Assembly: GCA_022843095.1 (NCBI GenBank)
Contig: JALHOH010000001.1
Coordinates: forward strand, 450,001-482,000
DNA: 32,000 nucleotides
Direction: 5' to 3'
Source: Candidatus Saccharimonadota bacterium
Lineage (GTDB): Bacteria; Patescibacteriota; Patescibacteriia; 2-12-FULL-60-25
Shown: piece by piece, positions 22,533 through 31,651 of the stretch
Layout: each line of letters starts with the position of its first letter
How positions within the stretch are numbered: the first letter of the stretch is position 1
The notes under the pieces: model-generated
Told to the model about the DNA's origin: nothing
Seen by the model: only the letters and a program-made list of their open reading frames with translations
Databases searched by the model: none
Translations under genes and position numbers: made by a program

Positions 22533-24128
22533 CTAGCAGGTAATCCCGTATTTTTTGGCGAAGTGATCATTCGCGTGCTGCAAGCTTTGGAACGTCCCCG
22601 CGTCAGACCAGAACCCGTCTACCGGACGCGCGACCAGTTTTCCTTGCGCGAGATACGCGTTGTTCACGTCCACGATCTCCAGTTCACCGCGTGCGGACGG
22701 TTTGAGCGTTTTGATGATGTCGAATACGCCCGATTCGTACACATACAACCCGACCTGCGCCAAATTGGATTTTGGCTGCTTTGGTTTTTCTTCAATCGAG
22801 AGGACGCGTCCAGACGATTCGATTTCCATTACGCCAAAACGATGTGCGTCCGGAACGGCTTTGTAGAAGGCGAGCGCACCTCCCTGGAACGATTGAATCT
22901 GGTCGCGGAAGGTATCTTCAAACAAGTTGTCGCCAAGAATCACGGTGACGTGATCATCGCCAACGAAATCTTTGGCGTAGGCGATCGCATGAGGTAGGCC
23001 ACCGGCCACGTCTTGGATGCGGTAGGTGAGTTCACACCCGTAGGCGGCACCAGAGCCAAGGAGATTCATGAAGTGTCCGGCATAATCCGGACCGGTGACG
23101 ATCATGATGTCGCGAATCCCTGCATCCAAAAGCGTTTGCAAGGGGTACAAGATCATCTGCTTGTTGGCGACCGGAAGCAGGTGCTTGTTGGTAATGTGGG
23201 TGAGCGGTGCGAGACGTGTGCCTTTGCCCCCGGCAAGAATGACCCCTTTCATTTTGCGTGTAGGTGTTGTCGCTGCAACGGGAGACGTGGCGGCTGTTCG
23301 TTTGGCGGCGGCGTATTTTTGCATCGTGTCGCGCAGAGCCACATCGATCGGACGCATCGTGATCCCGAGCGCGGCTAACCGATCGCTTTTCATCACGTTG
23401 TTGGAGCGCTTGCGCACGGCAAGGCCCTGCTTCACCAAATCCTGTTCCGTGATCCATTCGCAGGTGTGCGTTGGATCAACGTATTCGCGATAGAGCGCCA
23501 GCAAATCACGATGACGCATCGTGCCAGGGTTCACCACGTGGTACACGCCGGTCGCGCGCTTTTGCAGCAATTGGTACACGACAGCGATGAGATCTTCCAG
23601 GATTGTGACGCTGTTTTCCACGTCGATGATTTTGGGATAGCGCACCAATTTATCGATCAGGTTTTTGGGGGACGGGATATGATCGATCGGCATGCGGAAC
23701 CGCGCGATGCCGACGTTTGGCAACCGTGAAAGCACGAGGTCAGCCGCGTATTTTGTTCGCGTATAAAAGGCCTCTGGATTGCCAAAGTCTTCCTCTGTCC
23801 ACCCGCCTGGGGTGGGGGAGGCGCCATAAAAAATACAGCCAGATCCCAGGTGAAGGAGATAGACGTTTTTTTCCTGACAGGCCTCGGCAAGCACAAGCGC
23901 GCCCGTGACATTCGAGCGGAATGTTTCTACCTGATGCGTTTCGCACCAGTCGACGTTCGGCGTGCCCGCTTTCCCGGCGGCGTTTACAACCACGTCCGGC
24001 TGGACGCGTGTGAGCTCTTCCAGGACGGCGGCTTTGTCTTCGATGCGTACCGAAGAGAGGACCGCATCAGGCCACGAAGCGGCCATGCGCGATCCCACAT
24101 ACCCCTTTCCAAACACCAAAATCTTCAT
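22533..24128 (-). CDS. Fusion protein: NRS/ER-like (RmlD-superfamily) 4-keto-6-deoxyhexose epimerase/reductase domain plus glucose-1-phosphate thymidylyltransferase (RmlA-like) domain
   Basis: Residues 1-275 read MKILVFGKGYVG..., NAAGKAGTPNVDWCETH, GSGCIFYG, FYTRTK, FRMPI, RSNN. An Ala/Thr/Pro linker covers 276-292. Residues 293-531 read MKGVILAGGKGTRL.PLT....K.LLPV..K.MI.YPL..L...GI.DI.IV, ILGDN (junction Met at 23252-23250). Confidence 0.85.
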   Translation of the reverse strand: MKILVFGKGYVGSRMAASWPDAVLSSVRIEDKAAVLEELTRVQPDVVVNAAGKAGTPNVDWCETHQVETFRSNVTGALVLAEACQEKNVYLLHLGSGCIFYGASPTPGGWTEEDFGNPEAFYTRTKYAADLVLSRLPNVGIARFRMPIDHIPSPKNLIDKLVRYPKIIDVENSVTILEDLIAVVYQLLQKRATGVYHVVNPGTMRHRDLLALYREYVDPTHTCEWITEQDLVKQGLAVRKRSNNVMKSDRLAALGITMRPIDVALRDTMQKYAAAKRTAATSPVAATTPTRKMKGVILAGGKGTRLAPLTHITNKHLLPVANKQMILYPLQTLLDAGIRDIMIVTGPDYAGHFMNLLGSGAAYGCELTYRIQDVAGGLPHAIAYAKDFVGDDHVTVILGDNLFEDTFRDQIQSFQGGALAFYKAVPDAHRFGVMEIESSGRVLSIEEKPKQPKSNLAQVGLYVYESGVFDIIKTLKPSARGELEIVDVNNAYLAQGKLVARPVDGFWSDAGTFQSLQHANDHFAKKYGITC

Positions 24129-24167
24129 AGATGATTGCGTCAGCGTGCGTGTTTTTAGAGGAAAAAT

Positions 24168-25142
24168 CTAATCGATTGTCAAGGGGAGCCACCAAGATGG
24201 ATGTTCCTGATACCAACGTACGGTATCGGCTAGCCCCTCCTCAAAGGTGTAGATGCGCGTCCACCCAAGCTCTGTCTGCGCCTTCGTGTCATCGATTGCG
24301 TACCGCCGGTCATGACCTTTCCGGTCTTCTACGAAGGTAAGTAGCGACTCCGGTTTGTTTAAGAGAGCGAGGATACGTCTCGCCACGTCCACGTTGCTCG
24401 GCTCAACATTTCCCCCAAAGAGATAGGTTTCACCTTCTTTTCCACGCAGCAATACCGCTTCAATGCCGCGCACATGATCCAGAACGTGGATCCAATCGCG
24501 GACATATTTGCCATCACCGTAGATCGGGAGTGGTTTATCGCGTAACGCATTCGTGATCAGGCGAGGAATGAACTTTTCCGGGAAATGGTAGGGGCCGTAA
24601 TTGTTCGAGCAATTACTGATAGTGATTGGCAGCCCGTACGTTTCTCGGTAGGCGCGCACCAGATGATCAGAAGCGGCTTTTGAGGCGGAATAAGGGCTCC
24701 GCGGGGCGTACTTGGTGTCCTCAGTAAAGCGGTTTGCGTCTTCCAGGGTGAGAGCGCCAAACACTTCATCCGTCGAAATGTGGTGGAATCGCTTGATCTG
24801 ATCGCCACGTCGGCGCATCTCTTCAAGTAGGGTGTGCGTACCCAGCACGTTTGTTTCGAGGAATACGCGAGGCCCGGTGATGGATCGGTCAACGTGTGAT
24901 TCTGCAGCGAAATGGACGATCGTCTGGACGCCTTCCATCGCATCATGGACCGCCGTTTCGTCGCAGATATTGCCGTGGACGAATCGGTATCGGGTTTGGT
25001 CAATCCCTTCCAAGTTTTCTGGCCGTCCCGCATAGGTCAGTGCATCCAGGTTGGTGATGCGATCTTCCGGGTACGCCGAAAGCCAGTACCGGATGAAATT
25101 TGATCCGATAAATCCACATCCACCGGTGACGAGGAGATGCAT
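24168..25142 (-). CDS. rfbB: dTDP-glucose 4,6-dehydratase
   Basis: MHLLVTGGCGFIGSNF, HFAAESHVDRS, STDEV(F)G, YSASKAASDHLVRAY, DGKYVRDW.HV.DH. 324 aa, start in CTATG context. Confidence 0.95.
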   Translation of the reverse strand: MHLLVTGGCGFIGSNFIRYWLSAYPEDRITNLDALTYAGRPENLEGIDQTRYRFVHGNICDETAVHDAMEGVQTIVHFAAESHVDRSITGPRVFLETNVLGTHTLLEEMRRRGDQIKRFHHISTDEVFGALTLEDANRFTEDTKYAPRSPYSASKAASDHLVRAYRETYGLPITISNCSNNYGPYHFPEKFIPRLITNALRDKPLPIYGDGKYVRDWIHVLDHVRGIEAVLLRGKEGETYLFGGNVEPSNVDVARRILALLNKPESLLTFVEDRKGHDRRYAIDDTKAQTELGWTRIYTFEEGLADTVRWYQEHPSWWLPLTID

Positions 25143-25205
25143 AGACAGGCGCGTTGATCGTTGTTACGGTGGAACCATAACAAGCCCCAGAAAATGGGGC
25201 AATGT

Positions 25206-26090
25206 ATGGCAATCACCTGGCTCACGACCCCCGATCCGGCCACCGCAGACCTTGCGGTGGTGATTGTGTCGTGGAATGTCCGGGAACGCGTGCTCGAAAA
25301 CCTGGCGGCCTTGAAGCAAAGTCGAGGGGATTTGCGGGTACGTGTCGTGCTCGTTGATAACGCCTCCTCCGATGGAACCGTCGAACGCGTGCGGGCGGAA
25401 CATCCATGGGTACGGGTGATCGCGAATCCGGAGAATGCAGGCTTTGCGCGTGGAAATTTACAGGGCGTGCTGGCGGCCCCGGCGCGTCATGTCTTGCTTT
25501 TGAATCCGGACATGCGCGTGGAAGACGACACCTGTGCGCGGATCGTCTCGGCTTTGGACGCTCGTCCAGAGGTCGCCGTCGTCAGCGGTTTGCTTCGGAA
25601 GGGCGATGGAACCGTGGTTCCCTCGGTTCGTCGTTTTCCAACGCTCGCGTCGCAATTGGTCGTACTGCTCAAGCTTGGCAAGCTGTTTCCGGCACTCCTG
25701 CGTACCTATCATGCCGAAGACGTGGATTTAACGGTCGAACAATGCGTCGATTCCGTCCGTGGATCGCTGTTTGGGATGAATCGCACCGCGCTCGAGCGCA
25801 TCGGGTTTTTGGATACGCGGTATTTTTTGTGGTTTGAAGAGGTGGATTATTGCCGCCGTGCGCACGCTGCCGGGATGCGTGTGTTGCATCTCCCGACGAT
25901 TCAGGCGACCGATTTGGTCGGACAGAGCTTTGCGCAGCGTCCTACGTTTTGGAAACAGCGCCAATTCGCCACATCCATGACCACGTATTTTTCGACGTGG
26001 CATCCTGGGGTTCCGGCCTGGGTCATTCGGATCGTGAGCGCACTTGTCCTTGCGCCGCAGTGGGTGATCGATCGACTATGGCGCACGTAG
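25206..26090 (+). CDS. Family 2 glycosyltransferase (WbbL-like)
   Basis: LAVVIVSWN, DNASSDGT, N.GFARGN, LNPD, GS.F...R.....GF.D..YF.WFEEVDYC.R. The start is uncertain (ATG 25206 in GTATG context, alternatives 25194 or 25161). Confidence 0.8.
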   Translation: MAITWLTTPDPATADLAVVIVSWNVRERVLENLAALKQSRGDLRVRVVLVDNASSDGTVERVRAEHPWVRVIANPENAGFARGNLQGVLAAPARHVLLLNPDMRVEDDTCARIVSALDARPEVAVVSGLLRKGDGTVVPSVRRFPTLASQLVVLLKLGKLFPALLRTYHAEDVDLTVEQCVDSVRGSLFGMNRTALERIGFLDTRYFLWFEEVDYCRRAHAAGMRVLHLPTIQATDLVGQSFAQRPTFWKQRQFATSMTTYFSTWHPGVPAWVIRIVSALVLAPQWVIDRLWRT

Positions 26091-28225
26091 CGATTCAGGT
26101 GGTGACCTATTTTGGCTCCGGAGATTTACCGGCGCTGCTTGCGTCCCTTGCGCGTCAAACGCATACGGATTGGCATCTGTACGTGCATGAGAATTCCTGC
26201 GATGCGTCGGAATCCGCGCGCATCGGGGCGCTGCTCGCTGCCTCGGGTGTGCGGTATACCCTGACGGTTGCAGATGAAAACGAGGGATTTTCTGCACACA
26301 ATCGGTTGTGGCGTGCCCAGGATGCGCCGTTCGTGTTGGTCTTGAATCAAGATGCGGCGTTGGATCCGCGTTACTTGGAAGAGGCACTTGCGGCCGTTCA
26401 GCAGGGGGATCGGATCGCGGCCGTGGCAGGACGGGTGTTGCGGTGGGATGGCGGGGCATTTCCGGATGCGGCACAAGGTATCATCGATACGGCAGGTCTT
26501 GAGTATCAACAGTTTTCTCAGATTCGCGATCGGTTTGCCGGACAGGTGATCCCATCCCTTGCGCCTACGCCGGTATTTGGCGTGTCTGGTGCCGTGGCGT
26601 TGTATCGCCGCCACGCGGTCGAAACGGTCGCGGTGGAGCCGGGGGAGCTCTTTGTGCCCGGGTTTTTTATGTACCGGGAAGACGTGGAGCTTGCGATCCG
26701 CCTGCAACGTGCCGGTTTTGTGACGCAGTTTGTTCCTTCGGCGATCGCGTATCATCGCCGCGCGCTTCGTGAAGAAGGGGCGACGGGTTGGGCGCGGATC
26801 CGTGCAGAGCGGCGGAGATCGTCCCGTGTTCGGATGGCATCGTATCGGAATGCCTGGTGGCTTGTGGTGCTGCACGCGTCGTCTGCGTTGCCGTGGTCTG
26901 ATCGTCTCCGATCCGTTTTTCAGGAATGGTTGCGCGGGATGATGGTGTGCGCCGCCTCGCCCACGGTGTTTGCGCGCGCGTGGTTTTCGGGGATGCGCGG
27001 AACCGTTCGCATGTGGAAGCGTCGTCGTGCCATGAACCGACGGTTTCCTCCATTCGCCGGGTATCGCGCGTCCGAACCGCTTCCCGCATGGCCTGCGGAG
27101 AAACGCTGGCCAAAGGTGGGAATCATTTATTTGACGTATCCAACCGCAAACGGCCAACGCGACATTGACCGCTGTCTTGCCTCGCTTCAGAGCCTCGACT
27201 ATCCAAAAGATCGTGTCGAATTGATTTGCGTGGAATCAAAAGGGAAATTGCCCCCGATCAAGCCCTGGTTTGAGCAGACCTGGATGCCGAAATCCGGCAC
27301 GACCCTGCCGCGTATCCATTATATTTTTCGTGACGAATGGATTGGGTTTTCAGGGAACAATAATTTGGGTTTAGAAAAAGCGCAGGAGCTTGGATGCGAC
27401 TACGTTCATTTGACCAACGAGGACACGGATGTAGATCCGGCCTATCTCCGGACCGCGGTCATGCGCGCAGAGTCGGATCCTACCATCGGGATCGTGCAAT
27501 CGTTGCTTCTGCTTGGAGAAAAACGCGCACAGGTGAATTCGCTTGGGAATGCGTATCATGTGTTGGGACATGGGTATTCTGCGGGGTATTTGTGGACGGT
27601 GGATCAGGCGGAGGGATGGATTGCGCAGACCCGGGTTACGAATCCATCGCTGCAGATTCCCTATGCATCCGGTGCGGCGATGTTGGTGCGCATCGCGTCG
27701 CTTGAAGGTAAAGCCTTGTTCGATGAGAAGTTCTTTTCGTACCACGAGGACACGGATATTGCGCTGCGTTTGAGAATGCGCGGATGGAAAACGGTGCTTG
27801 AGCCCACCTCGCGTATTTGGCACTACTACGAATTCGCAAAGAGCAAGATCAATTATTACTACATGGAACGCAATCGGTACGTGCTCCCGCTGACCTATTA
27901 CCGCTTGCCGACCTTGATCCTACTCGCCCCATTGTTCGTAGCATTGGACATTGCGACCCTTGTTTTCTCGGTACGCGGAGGGTGGGCAGATATGAAAGGG
28001 AGGGTCTACCGAGACTTTGCAAGTAAGGATTTTTGGTCCTGGATTTGGTCGCGCCGCAAAGAAGCGCAACGCCTACGGACCATCTCCGACCGAGCGTTTT
28101 TGCGCCTTGCGACCGCGGAGATTGCCTTCCAGCAGGATGGCGTCAAAAACCCGGTGCTGACCTATCTGGGCAACCCACTTATGCGAATCTGGTGGCGGTC
28201 GTTGCGTGCCGTGATGTGGTGGTAG
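26078..28225 (+). CDS. Tandem double-GT2 glycosyltransferase with hydrophobic C-terminal region
   Basis: Domain 1 reads VAIQVVTYF..., [36 protein letters not shown]. Domain 2 reads VGIIYLTYP..., [37 protein letters not shown]-like segments follow ([21 protein letters not shown]). ATG 26078 (GACTATG) overlaps the upstream gene by 13 nt. The first 76 codons of the ORF-track model are an out-of-frame overlap. Confidence 0.8.
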   Translation: MAHVAIQVVTYFGSGDLPALLASLARQTHTDWHLYVHENSCDASESARIGALLAASGVRYTLTVADENEGFSAHNRLWRAQDAPFVLVLNQDAALDPRYLEEALAAVQQGDRIAAVAGRVLRWDGGAFPDAAQGIIDTAGLEYQQFSQIRDRFAGQVIPSLAPTPVFGVSGAVALYRRHAVETVAVEPGELFVPGFFMYREDVELAIRLQRAGFVTQFVPSAIAYHRRALREEGATGWARIRAERRRSSRVRMASYRNAWWLVVLHASSALPWSDRLRSVFQEWLRGMMVCAASPTVFARAWFSGMRGTVRMWKRRRAMNRRFPPFAGYRASEPLPAWPAEKRWPKVGIIYLTYPTANGQRDIDRCLASLQSLDYPKDRVELICVESKGKLPPIKPWFEQTWMPKSGTTLPRIHYIFRDEWIGFSGNNNLGLEKAQELGCDYVHLTNEDTDVDPAYLRTAVMRAESDPTIGIVQSLLLLGEKRAQVNSLGNAYHVLGHGYSAGYLWTVDQAEGWIAQTRVTNPSLQIPYASGAAMLVRIASLEGKALFDEKFFSYHEDTDIALRLRMRGWKTVLEPTSRIWHYYEFAKSKINYYYMERNRYVLPLTYYRLPTLILLAPLFVALDIATLVFSVRGGWADMKGRVYRDFASKDFWSWIWSRRKEAQRLRTISDRAFLRLATAEIAFQQDGVKNPVLTYLGNPLMRIWWRSLRAVMWW

Positions 28226-28234
28226 GGCGATCCC

Positions 28235-28263
28235 TTGCCATCTTGGAATACCCCTGCTATCCT
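28235..28263 (+). promoter_or_regulatory. Promoter for rpmE (near-leaderless)
   Basis: TTGCCA (28235-28240), 17 nt, TGcTATCCT extended -10 (28255-28263). The ATG at 28275 lies only ~12 nt from the end of the -10. Confidence 0.5.
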
Positions 28264-28274
28264 CTCGGACATCT

Positions 28275-28577
28275 ATGAAAGCGGCTATCCATCCGAATTA
28301 CCACGCGGACGCAAAGATCGTCTGCGCTTGCGGAAACAGCTTTACGGTCGGTTCTACGGTCGACGAGATCCACGTCGAATTGTGTTCGAAGTGCCACCCA
28401 TTTTATACCGGTCAGCAGAAGCTTGTTGACACGGGTCGCCGTGTCGAAAAGTTCGGCGATCGCATGGCGGCGAGTGCAGCCAAGGCAGTCACGGCTGGCG
28501 GCAAGAAAGTGAAGAACGCCAAGCGCGCCGCGCAGAAGGAAGCCAAAAAGGCCTCCAAAGCACAGCTCGAAGCTTAG
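28275..28577 (+). CDS. rpmE: 50S ribosomal protein L31 (zinc-binding type) with Lys/Ala-rich C-terminal extension
   Basis: MKAAIHPNY......C.CGN.F.......[23 protein letters not shown]. Confidence 0.93.
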   Translation: MKAAIHPNYHADAKIVCACGNSFTVGSTVDEIHVELCSKCHPFYTGQQKLVDTGRRVEKFGDRMAASAAKAVTAGGKKVKNAKRAAQKEAKKASKAQLEA

Positions 28578-28676
28578 TCAGGAGACCGGTATCCCGTGTC
28601 GGAGGTTCAAGGTACCCCTTGATCCAAACGCGCGGTGCATGCCGGTTTTTTGTATCCTGTAAACGTACGCATTCTT

Positions 28677-29744
28677 ATGTCCACCCTTCTTGATCAGGCG
28701 AAGCAAGCAATCCAAGCGCTCCGTGAAGCCGAGGCGACTGTGTCCGCACCGGAGGTGTTGGCGGACCCGAAAAAATTAAAGGAGGCGTCCATTGCATTTA
28801 CGCATGCCAAAGAAGTGGCGGATGCGGCGGAGGCGTTGCTTGCGGCAGAGCGGACCTATGCGGATGCAAAAGAGGCGATCGCGTCGGATGATCCGGACAT
28901 GCGTGAATTGGGTACCGCGGAATTGGCAAAGATTGAGCCTGTGCTTCCGGGTGTGCGCGAGGCGTTTGAGATCGCGCTTGTCCCGCCGGATCCGCACGAT
29001 CAAAACGACATCGTCATGGAAATCCGCGCAGGCGCCGGAGGGGATGAGGCCGGCATTTTTGCAGGGGATTTGCTGCGTATGTATTTGCGATACGCGGAGC
29101 GTCGGGGGTGGAAGGCGACGCTTGTGACCGAATCGCGGAACGACCAGGGAGGATACAAGGAAGTCGTCGTGGCGATGCAGGGAGCCGGAGCGTATGGTGC
29201 GCTGAAGTATGAATCCGGTGTCCACCGCGTTCAGCGTGTGCCAGTGACGGAAAAACAGGGGCGCATCCATACCTCGACTGCGACCGTTGCTGTGTTGCCA
29301 GAGATCGAGGAGGAAGAAATTCGGATTGATGCAAAAGATCTGCGCATCGACACGTTTTGCGCCGGGGGAAAAGGGGGGCAATCCGTGAACACGACGTATT
29401 CTGCTGTGCGTATCACGCACCTGCCGACCGGCATTGTAGTCAACTGCCAAGATGAACGTTCGCAGCAGCAAAATCGTGAACGCGCCATGATGATCTTGCG
29501 TGCGCGTATTTGGGAGGCAGAGCAGGCAAAAAAACAGGCGGAATTGGAAGCAACGCGTCGCTCGCAGATTGGATCCGGGGATCGCTCGGAGAAGATCAAG
29601 ACCTATAATTACCCGCAAGATCGCATCACGGATCATCGCATCAAAAAGTCCTGGCACGGCATTCCGACAATCATGGATGGGGGATTGGATCCGCTGATTA
29701 CCGCCGTCAAAACCGGAAAGGTGGGAGACGAAGACGAAGAATAA
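28677..29744 (+). CDS. prfA: Peptide chain release factor 1
   Basis: PVT tripeptide ([14 protein letters not shown]), GGQ motif (GGKGGQSVN) and YNYPQ.R.TDHR. Start chosen at ATG 28677 (MSTLLDQ...), giving 355 aa. Confidence 0.92.
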   Translation: MSTLLDQAKQAIQALREAEATVSAPEVLADPKKLKEASIAFTHAKEVADAAEALLAAERTYADAKEAIASDDPDMRELGTAELAKIEPVLPGVREAFEIALVPPDPHDQNDIVMEIRAGAGGDEAGIFAGDLLRMYLRYAERRGWKATLVTESRNDQGGYKEVVVAMQGAGAYGALKYESGVHRVQRVPVTEKQGRIHTSTATVAVLPEIEEEEIRIDAKDLRIDTFCAGGKGGQSVNTTYSAVRITHLPTGIVVNCQDERSQQQNRERAMMILRARIWEAEQAKKQAELEATRRSQIGSGDRSEKIKTYNYPQDRITDHRIKKSWHGIPTIMDGGLDPLITAVKTGKVGDEDEE

Positions 29745-29747
29745 CGC

Positions 29748-30437
29748 ATGCATGGTATGGATGTCGTGATCATGGCTGCCGGCAAGGGGACGCGTTTGCG
29801 CCCGTTGACCGACACGACGCCAAAGCCCCTCGTTCCCATCCACGGCCGCGGGACGTTGTTGCGATTGTTGGATGTGTTGCCCGAAGAAATTGATCGTATC
29901 ATTGTGGTGGTTGGGTATTTGCAGGAGCAGATTCGTACGGCGCTTGGGGCGTCTTGGAATGGGAAGCCGGTGGTTTACGTTGAACAGACCACGTTGAATG
30001 GGACGGGAGGCGCGCTCCGGGCGGCGGAGTCGGTGATCGTGAGCGATCGGTTTTTGGTGATCAACGGGGATGATGTATATGCCGCGGAAGATTTGCAGGC
30101 GCTTGTTCGTTGCCATCGGGGATTGATCGCCGCGAAACAGGTACTCCCGCGTCCTCTGGATACGTGGGAAGTGCGAGATGGCGCCGCGTTACGCATGACC
30201 AAGGCGGTGCCAACGGGTGCGGAAGGGTGGGTCAATACGGGGGCCTATCTCCTGGGAAAAGACTGGTTTTTGACAACGCCGGTTTTGACCCCAGGAAAAA
30301 CAGATGAGTACAGCTTGCCGCACGCGCTTCCCGAACTCATGGCGAACACGCGTTTCGAGGTCATTCCGGCAACGCGGTGGATGATGTGTGGCACCCCAGA
30401 AGAATTGGCGGCGTGTACCCGAGCGTTGGCATCGTAA
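29748..30437 (+). CDS. Sugar-1-phosphate nucleotidyltransferase family protein
   Basis: VIMAAGKGTRLRPLTD..PKPLVP..G is the NTP_transferase signature, followed by NGTGGAL and INGDD. 229 aa, starting 3 nt after the prfA TAA. Confidence 0.8.
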   Translation: MHGMDVVIMAAGKGTRLRPLTDTTPKPLVPIHGRGTLLRLLDVLPEEIDRIIVVVGYLQEQIRTALGASWNGKPVVYVEQTTLNGTGGALRAAESVIVSDRFLVINGDDVYAAEDLQALVRCHRGLIAAKQVLPRPLDTWEVRDGAALRMTKAVPTGAEGWVNTGAYLLGKDWFLTTPVLTPGKTDEYSLPHALPELMANTRFEVIPATRWMMCGTPEELAACTRALAS

Positions 30438-30503
30438 TTGACGAAGCCTGCATGCAGTGGCTACGGTGCTTCTGCGCAGGTTTTTGCGTATTGGAGGATG
30501 GTG

Positions 30504-31577
30504 ATGAAAACCAGGGGATGGGGAGTGTGTGTGTTGGGTGTGATCTCTATCGGATGTTCGCTTGGGCATCCGGGTCCGAGCGCGCGCTTTTTGCCGGATG
30601 CATCCGATGACCGTCGCGCCGATACATCGGTGATCCAGGATGCTGCGCCGGAAACGGCGTTGGATATCCTGCCGAGCCAGGAAGTGGTCATGTCTCGCCC
30701 CGATGAAGGGGGAGAGGTGTCGGACGGCATGCTCGACGCGTGGGATGGGGGAGATGCGCTGGATGACCCCATCGTCGCGGAAGATGCAGGAATGATCGAG
30801 CCGGATGTCGTGCCGGATCAGGCGCCGCCGGACGAAGCGCTGCCGGATGTGTTGATTGCGCCGATGGATGTGGCAGATATTTCGGACGTCTTCATGATGG
30901 ACCAGGGTCCGGAACCGGTTCCGGATGTGATCGTCATGGATCTGGTGGATCGACCGGATGTCCCGGATCAGATGATGGTGCCGGATCGAGTGGCGCCACC
31001 GGATGTTCCGCCTCCGCCTGATGTGCGGCCACCTCTGGATATCCAGCCTCCACCAGATGTCCAACCTCCACCGGACATTCAGCCACCCCCAGATATCCAG
31101 CCGCCCCCTGACGTACAGGTGCCGATGGATGTCGTGCCGGATGAACCTCCGCCCGACGTCCCGCCCCCGCTCGTCACGGCTCCCATCGTGGTCGAGTACG
31201 CCCATGTCGATCCGCGCTATCCGGGTCGTGATGTTCCATCCTTCGCCGACTACTGGTGGCGGGTGGAATACACGATGCCTGTGGTACGAGTCGAAGACTG
31301 GCGTCGTGGAAGGTGCATGGGAGGGATCGTCATGATCTCTGCCACCACCTCTCGCTGTACGCTGGATGTGCCCGTTCCAGATGGAACGACCATCAAGTTC
31401 TATCCCGTCTTCGGCGGAGACGTTCCGGTCTGCCCGCGCGGTGCTTCGTGCCCCGTGGGCTACATGGAACGCTACACTGTTCGCTACGGGATGCGTTCCT
31501 ACGACAACCGACGGTTGACGCTCGACTTCGAGTTCGTCCCGACGGAACGGCAGTTCGTGTTCTTGCGGGTGCCGTAG
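30504..31577 (+). CDS. Predicted lipoprotein with acidic Pro/Asp-rich repeat region and Cys-containing C-terminal domain
   Basis: GGAGG (30493-30497) lies 6 nt upstream of ATG 30504. The signal peptide MKTRGWGVCVLGVISIGC has a lipobox-like ISIGC. A long (V/I)PD-rich stretch precedes a ~130-aa C-terminal domain. Confidence 0.65.
   Translation: MKTRGWGVCVLGVISIGCSLGHPGPSARFLPDASDDRRADTSVIQDAAPETALDILPSQEVVMSRPDEGGEVSDGMLDAWDGGDALDDPIVAEDAGMIEPDVVPDQAPPDEALPDVLIAPMDVADISDVFMMDQGPEPVPDVIVMDLVDRPDVPDQMMVPDRVAPPDVPPPPDVRPPLDIQPPPDVQPPPDIQPPPDIQPPPDVQVPMDVVPDEPPPDVPPPLVTAPIVVEYAHVDPRYPGRDVPSFADYWWRVEYTMPVVRVEDWRRGRCMGGIVMISATTSRCTLDVPVPDGTTIKFYPVFGGDVPVCPRGASCPVGYMERYTVRYGMRSYDNRRLTLDFEFVPTERQFVFLRVP
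31011..31118 (+). repeat. Six tandem in-frame 18-bp units encoding PPPD(V/I)(R/Q)
   Basis: The units start at 31011, 31029, 31047, 31065, 31083 and 31101. They encode PPPDVR, PPLDIQ, PPPDVQ, PPPDIQ, PPPDIQ and PPPDVQ, and every unit uses different synonymous codons. Confidence 0.9.
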
Positions 31578-31586
31578 CCAAACCAC

Positions 31587-31615
31587 CCCCGCCCGGGTTC
31601 TCTGGGCGGGGTTTT
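31587..31615 (+). terminator. Intrinsic terminator
   Basis: CCCCGCCC (31587-31594) / GGGCGGGG (31604-31611), followed by TTTT. Confidence 0.65.
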
Positions 31616-31651
31616 GCGTTGCAAAGAATCGGCGCGGTATCATGGTCGTAT

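Noticed and set aside
28600-28625. tRNA-like T-arm (GGAGGTTCAAGG) downstream of rpmE
   Set aside because: There is no complementary 3' half of a T-stem, no acceptor or anticodon arms. It is only a simple TCAAGG/CCTTGA hairpin in the rpmE-prfA spacer.
5510-30503. Longer N-termini offered by the ORF track (5510, 6772, 7178, 14484, 17748, 19785, 25850, 28635, 30438)
   Set aside because: For several (5510, 6772, 7178, 14484, 25850, 28635) the extra residues precede conserved family N-termini. Some overlap the upstream gene (6772, 7178, 25850). For 17748 and 30438 an RBS favours the internal start. For 19785 the start would lie upstream of the extended -10 box.
31011-31118. Possible CRISPR or other non-coding repeat array
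   Set aside because: The units are 18 bp, contiguous with no spacers, in frame within a long ORF, and differ by synonymous changes. This is a coding peptide repeat.
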